Notes under the pieces: model-generated
What the model was told of the DNA's origin: nothing
The model's input: only the letters and a program-made list of their open reading frames with translations
Database searches by the model: none
Made by a program: the position numbers and the translations under genes
Assembly: GCA_043228905.1 (NCBI GenBank)
Contig: JBHGNT010000017.1
Location: 2,356,001 to 2,420,000, forward strand
DNA from: Azolla caroliniana
Lineage: Eukaryota; Plantae; Polypodiophyta
Direction of reading: 5' to 3'
Length of the DNA: 64,000 nucleotides
Part shown: piece after piece, positions 60,101 through 64,000 of the stretch
Layout of the letters: each line of letters opens with the position of its first letter
Position numbering within the stretch: the stretch's first letter is position 1

Positions 60101-62541
60101 CTCTAGGACTTAAAATACCTCAGGAAATATGGTCCGGCAGTAAGCCGAGTTATGACAGGTTGAGGATCTTCAACTATGAGGCGTATGGCCTTATACTGAA
60201 AGACGACCGCCGGAAACTCGAACCAAGATCAAGGAAATGCGTTTTCCTTGGATATGGACCTGATGGCGAGATCAGATACCGACTCTAGGACCCCGAGCAC
60301 AGACAAATCGTTCGAAGTTCGGACGTCGTGTTCAACGAGTCGGCTATGCATAAAATGGCGAAAAGGCCTATTGAAGTCCGAAGGGTAATATTTTCCGAAG
60401 TGCCAACCCTTCATGAAGGCCCAACCCACAACACGAGATTGGTTTCACGGGTAATCGACACCTCCCGCACTGAATCCACCGATTCACCACAACCGAGTGG
60501 CTCGACTTCCAACCATCCGACACCTATACCTAGTGCGACCAGTCCAATCATACCTCGCAGATACGAGAGACTGTCGCAACCTCCGGAGAGGTACTCTCCC
60601 GGAATTTTCTTTACAAATGCCGGCGAATCGACGTCTTACAAAGAAGCATCGACATCTGCTGACTCAGCCACCTAGCATCTGGAGATGGAGTCGGAAATGC
60701 ACTCCATTCACGCAAACAAGACTTGGGACTTAGTCGAATTACCGAAGAGTCGACGTGCTCTTCCGTGTAAGTGGGTCTATCGACTAAAAGAGACGTCCGA
60801 CTCGATCACCCCAAAGTACAAGGCCAGATTAGTTGCGAAGGGATTTCGGCAAGAATATGGCGTCAACTTCGACGAAATCTTTTCACCAGTGGTGAAAATG
60901 ACAACCCTTCGTTTCATGCTCGGCGTCGTGGCCGCCGACAACTTGCAGTTGATTCAGCCGCAAGGCTTTGTGGCATCCGACCAAGAACATCTAGTCTGCC
61001 GACTCCAGAAGAGTTTATACGGCCTGAAACAGGCACCCCGACAGTGGTACAAGAAGTTCGACGACTTCATCGAGTCAGTCGGCTTCTCCAAGAGCGATGA
61101 GGACCACTGTCTCTTCACCAAAACAGCTCAAGACGGGTCTCCCGTCTTCCTCATCATTTACGTGGATGACATGCTCCTCTCCGGCCGCCATGCCAGAGAG
61201 CTCACCGAACTCGTTCGGAAACTGCGGTTGAAGTTTGCCATGAAGGACCTTGGTCCAGCAAGACACATACTCGATATGAAGATTAGTCGGCATCGCTATA
61301 CACGACAACTTTTCTTGTCTCAAACCAACTACATGGGACGTGTCTTGGAACGCTTCAACATGCACTCGGCCAAGTCAGCTTCCACCCCGCTCCCCATTAA
61401 CCTTCAGCTGTCTCAGCGAGACTGCCCACCATCCGGTCCGGACGGGGAAGATATGAAGTCGGTACCGTATGCACCAACAGTCGGCTCCCTTATGTACGCG
61501 ATGGTCGCCACACGGCCTGATATTTCTAACGCCATAGGAGTCATCAGCAGATTCATGCACAACCCAGGCTGATCGCACTGGAACGCAGTCAAGCATGTAT
61601 TCAGATATCTAGCTGGCACAAAAGACCACGAAATCCTTTTTGGCCCGAACTCAACCTCAGGTGTAGTCGGTTACACCGACTCGGACTTCACCGGCTGCAT
61701 CGACAGTCAGAAATCAACAACCGGATATTGTTTCAAATTCGGCAATGGAGCAATCTCGTGGAAGTCAAAACCTCAGGAGTGCACAGCCACCTCAATGACC
61801 GAAGTGGAATATGTAGCTGCGTCCGACGCGACAAAAGAAGCTTTATGGCTCGATCGGCTGGCGCACACGTTTCGATAGGTCGACCTTGACTCGGCTCCAG
61901 TTGTCTACAACGACAGGCAGGGTGTTGTTGCTTTGTCGAAGAATCTGGTTCACCACAACGCCTCCAAGCATATCGACATTCGATATCACTTCGTTTCGGA
62001 CTGCGTCATTTCAGGGAAAATCAGTCTATAGAAGATATCCACAACCGATAATGTCGTAGATGGAATGACCAAGTGTCTTTTTGCGGATCATTTCTGGTAA
62101 ACTGATAATGTTGTAGATGGAAGGACCAAGTGTCTTTCTGCGGATCATTTCCGGTCCCTTCGGCACCAGATGGGCGTAACGAAAAATCGGTCCGATTAAA
62201 GTCGGACACACAACACAGGACGGTTTTGGTCAACAGACATCGGTTCTTTGAGGATCGGCTTCAACTATTCCGACCCAACCGGTTTTGGCTTCAGTCTTCG
62301 GATCCTACCGACTCAAACAAAACCGATCTATCCGATAAACCTTACCTGTAATCTCAGATAACCCATGTATACGCCCATTACAGGGGAGTGTTGAATAGGA
62401 GTGTATAATGGCCATATTCACATTGTGCCTTTGGATACACATTCCCTCTCTCCGTGTCTATCTTGCTCATTCGCATACGCAGGTTCTTCTTCATCACGAA
62501 TGTTGCTTGCACTTCCGCATTGCCGTCCTTGTTCCCCAACA
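57194..62541 (+). mobile_element. Ty1/copia copy D (different lineage from A, C, E), full length, degenerate
   Basis: LTRs 57194-57494 and 62389-62541 (internally deleted); TSD CGACG; PBS TGGTATCAGAGC at 57497; PPT AGGGGAG; gag from ATG 58178 with RFDGSNFNF; WLLDSG; HSDICGP; YVDDML. Confidence 0.94.
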
Positions 62542-63307
62542 CGACGAATTGACGAGGGTCGGTCGTGCGACCGGCGACCGCCGGCCAATTAGGGGTGCAT
62601 ATGGTACGACGCCACCGGACATGCCCGGAGAGATTGCGCTGACCTCGGTGAAGTGCTCAGAAGTAATGTAGTTTATCTTTCGAATGGCAGGATACATGCG
62701 AGCAGCACACGAAGATTGTTTGACGCGAATTTCAGACGAGGTGGCATGAAGAGGCTAATGGAAGACGCCACGGCACGGCACGTCAAAGCCGTCCACTACT
62801 CGGTTTTGGCTGGCATCCACGTAGGCAAAAAGGCGGCAAACCCCGATTCAAGCCCTGGGTTCTGGCTGGTTATTCTCGAGACCTTGTCTGGAGGAAGGCT
62901 GCAGAAGGAAGAAGCAGAGCGCGCAAAGTTACCGGCTGGAGTGACCCTGTTGAAGAGAGCACCAGCTTTGTGGAGGCCACGTGCAAGAAATACGAGACCT
63001 TGATCGACAAAAGACGGGCGGGGAAAACCAGGGGAGCGGGCCCTTCGGGGAGGTATGACACCCGAAGCGCGCAAAAAGGGCAGGATGCCACTCCGATAGA
63101 AGGTTCTAGAGGAGCGAGTTCTCGACAGTCGCATAGAACTCACGCTTAGGGAAGTGCTTGGCATAGCAAGAAGGGAATTCCACGATAGCATCGTGGACCT
63201 CGTGAAGAGAAAGCGTCTCGCGACAGAACTAGAGCCCGAGAAGTCGGTTGAGGTAAGAGCGGCACTCCTTGACGACATGGCCACGGAGGACGAGCTTGCG
63301 GAGAGCC

Positions 63308-64000
63308 TGTTGAGAATCAAGCTCAACTTGGTCTAGCGTGTGAACTCACCTTGAGAGTGAATAGACACTCCAATGGTCAAGAGTCACCATTATGTCACCA
63401 CTTTGTGTTCTAGCATTTAGTATGAGTCATAAAATCATATTCTATGACACATAACTTATGAGCTTTCACATTCCCCATGCTCCATGACTCTTGTAGTTAA
63501 TGAAGAGAGACGGTAACTATATAAAGCACCCTCCTCCCTCCTTGTATTGTGTTGAGTCTTTCTCCTTTGTGAATATACTTAACCTTGTGTATTCTCCATG
63601 TCTTACTCCTTGTCTCTCTCACACTCTCTCTCTCTCTCACTCACATAACGCACATCTCTCACCTATTCCGCTACACAAGAATCATACCTAATTCTTTACA
63701 TGGTATTAGAGCGATTTGGTAGCTCGATCTAGCCCACTCACCTCATCGTGATCGTGTTTTGAGCTCTACATCAACGTTCAAGAAGAACTGGCTCATCGCT
63801 ATCATAGTGCGACTACATAGCTCGTATTCGAAGAGAGAAGAAGAAGAAGAAGAATCGACATAATGAATACTCAAATGGGGAGCGTTCTCCCTACCAAGAA
63901 GTTGGATCGAAACAACTTCGCATCTTGGGAGTACAAGATGCACCAATACCTTGTAAGACAAGGCTATTGGAGCTACATCAAAAGAGCACACGAAGACCGA
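63308..64000 (+). mobile_element. 5' end of Ty1/copia copy E (runs off the window)
   Basis: LTR 63308-63700; PBS TGGTATTAGAGC at 63701; gag from ATG 63863 MNTQMGSVLPTKKLDRNNFASWEYKMHQY. Confidence 0.92.

Larger units (their letters stand above)
37647..63307 (+). mobile_element. tRNA-Trp-primed gypsy copy W3 (partial LTR to 38147, PBS 38152-38169, gag relic in pieces about 38200-38346, 56439-57193, 62547-63307)
   Basis: PBS TGGTGAACCCGACGTGAA; gag pieces rejoin across TSDs CTTAG and CGACG and match the gag at 44800-47013. Confidence 0.85.

Overview
Repeat-dense nuclear DNA from a plant, inferred to be a seed-free lineage such as a fern, lycophyte or bryophyte from its transposon repertoire and TTTAGGG repeats. 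The only intact host gene is an intronless LRR receptor-like protein (2274-4934) with a 14 x 72-bp homogenised LRR array. It is followed by three orphan copies of its transmembrane-coding end, a duplicate of its upstream region and a 5'-deleted paralog (24847-25912). Most of the remainder is transposable elements: four Ty1/copia copies plus a solo LTR, three Tf1/sushi-type chromoviruses (one with intact ORFs), three copies of a tRNA-Trp-primed non-chromovirus Ty3/gypsy family, a tRNA-Ala-primed mini LTR element, a hAT transposase relic, two MITEs and two LINE relics, nested up to four deep at 37.6-64 kb. The most notable signals are: chromovirus LTRs with a self-priming PBS plus an antisense tRNA-like A-box/B-box module; a Trp-primed gypsy family whose two scorable insertions both made a 4-bp GCGT TSD; -1 frameshift signals in both gypsy groups; and four telomeric repeats at the truncated 5' junction of a LINE. 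All alignments were done by eye and no database searches were run.
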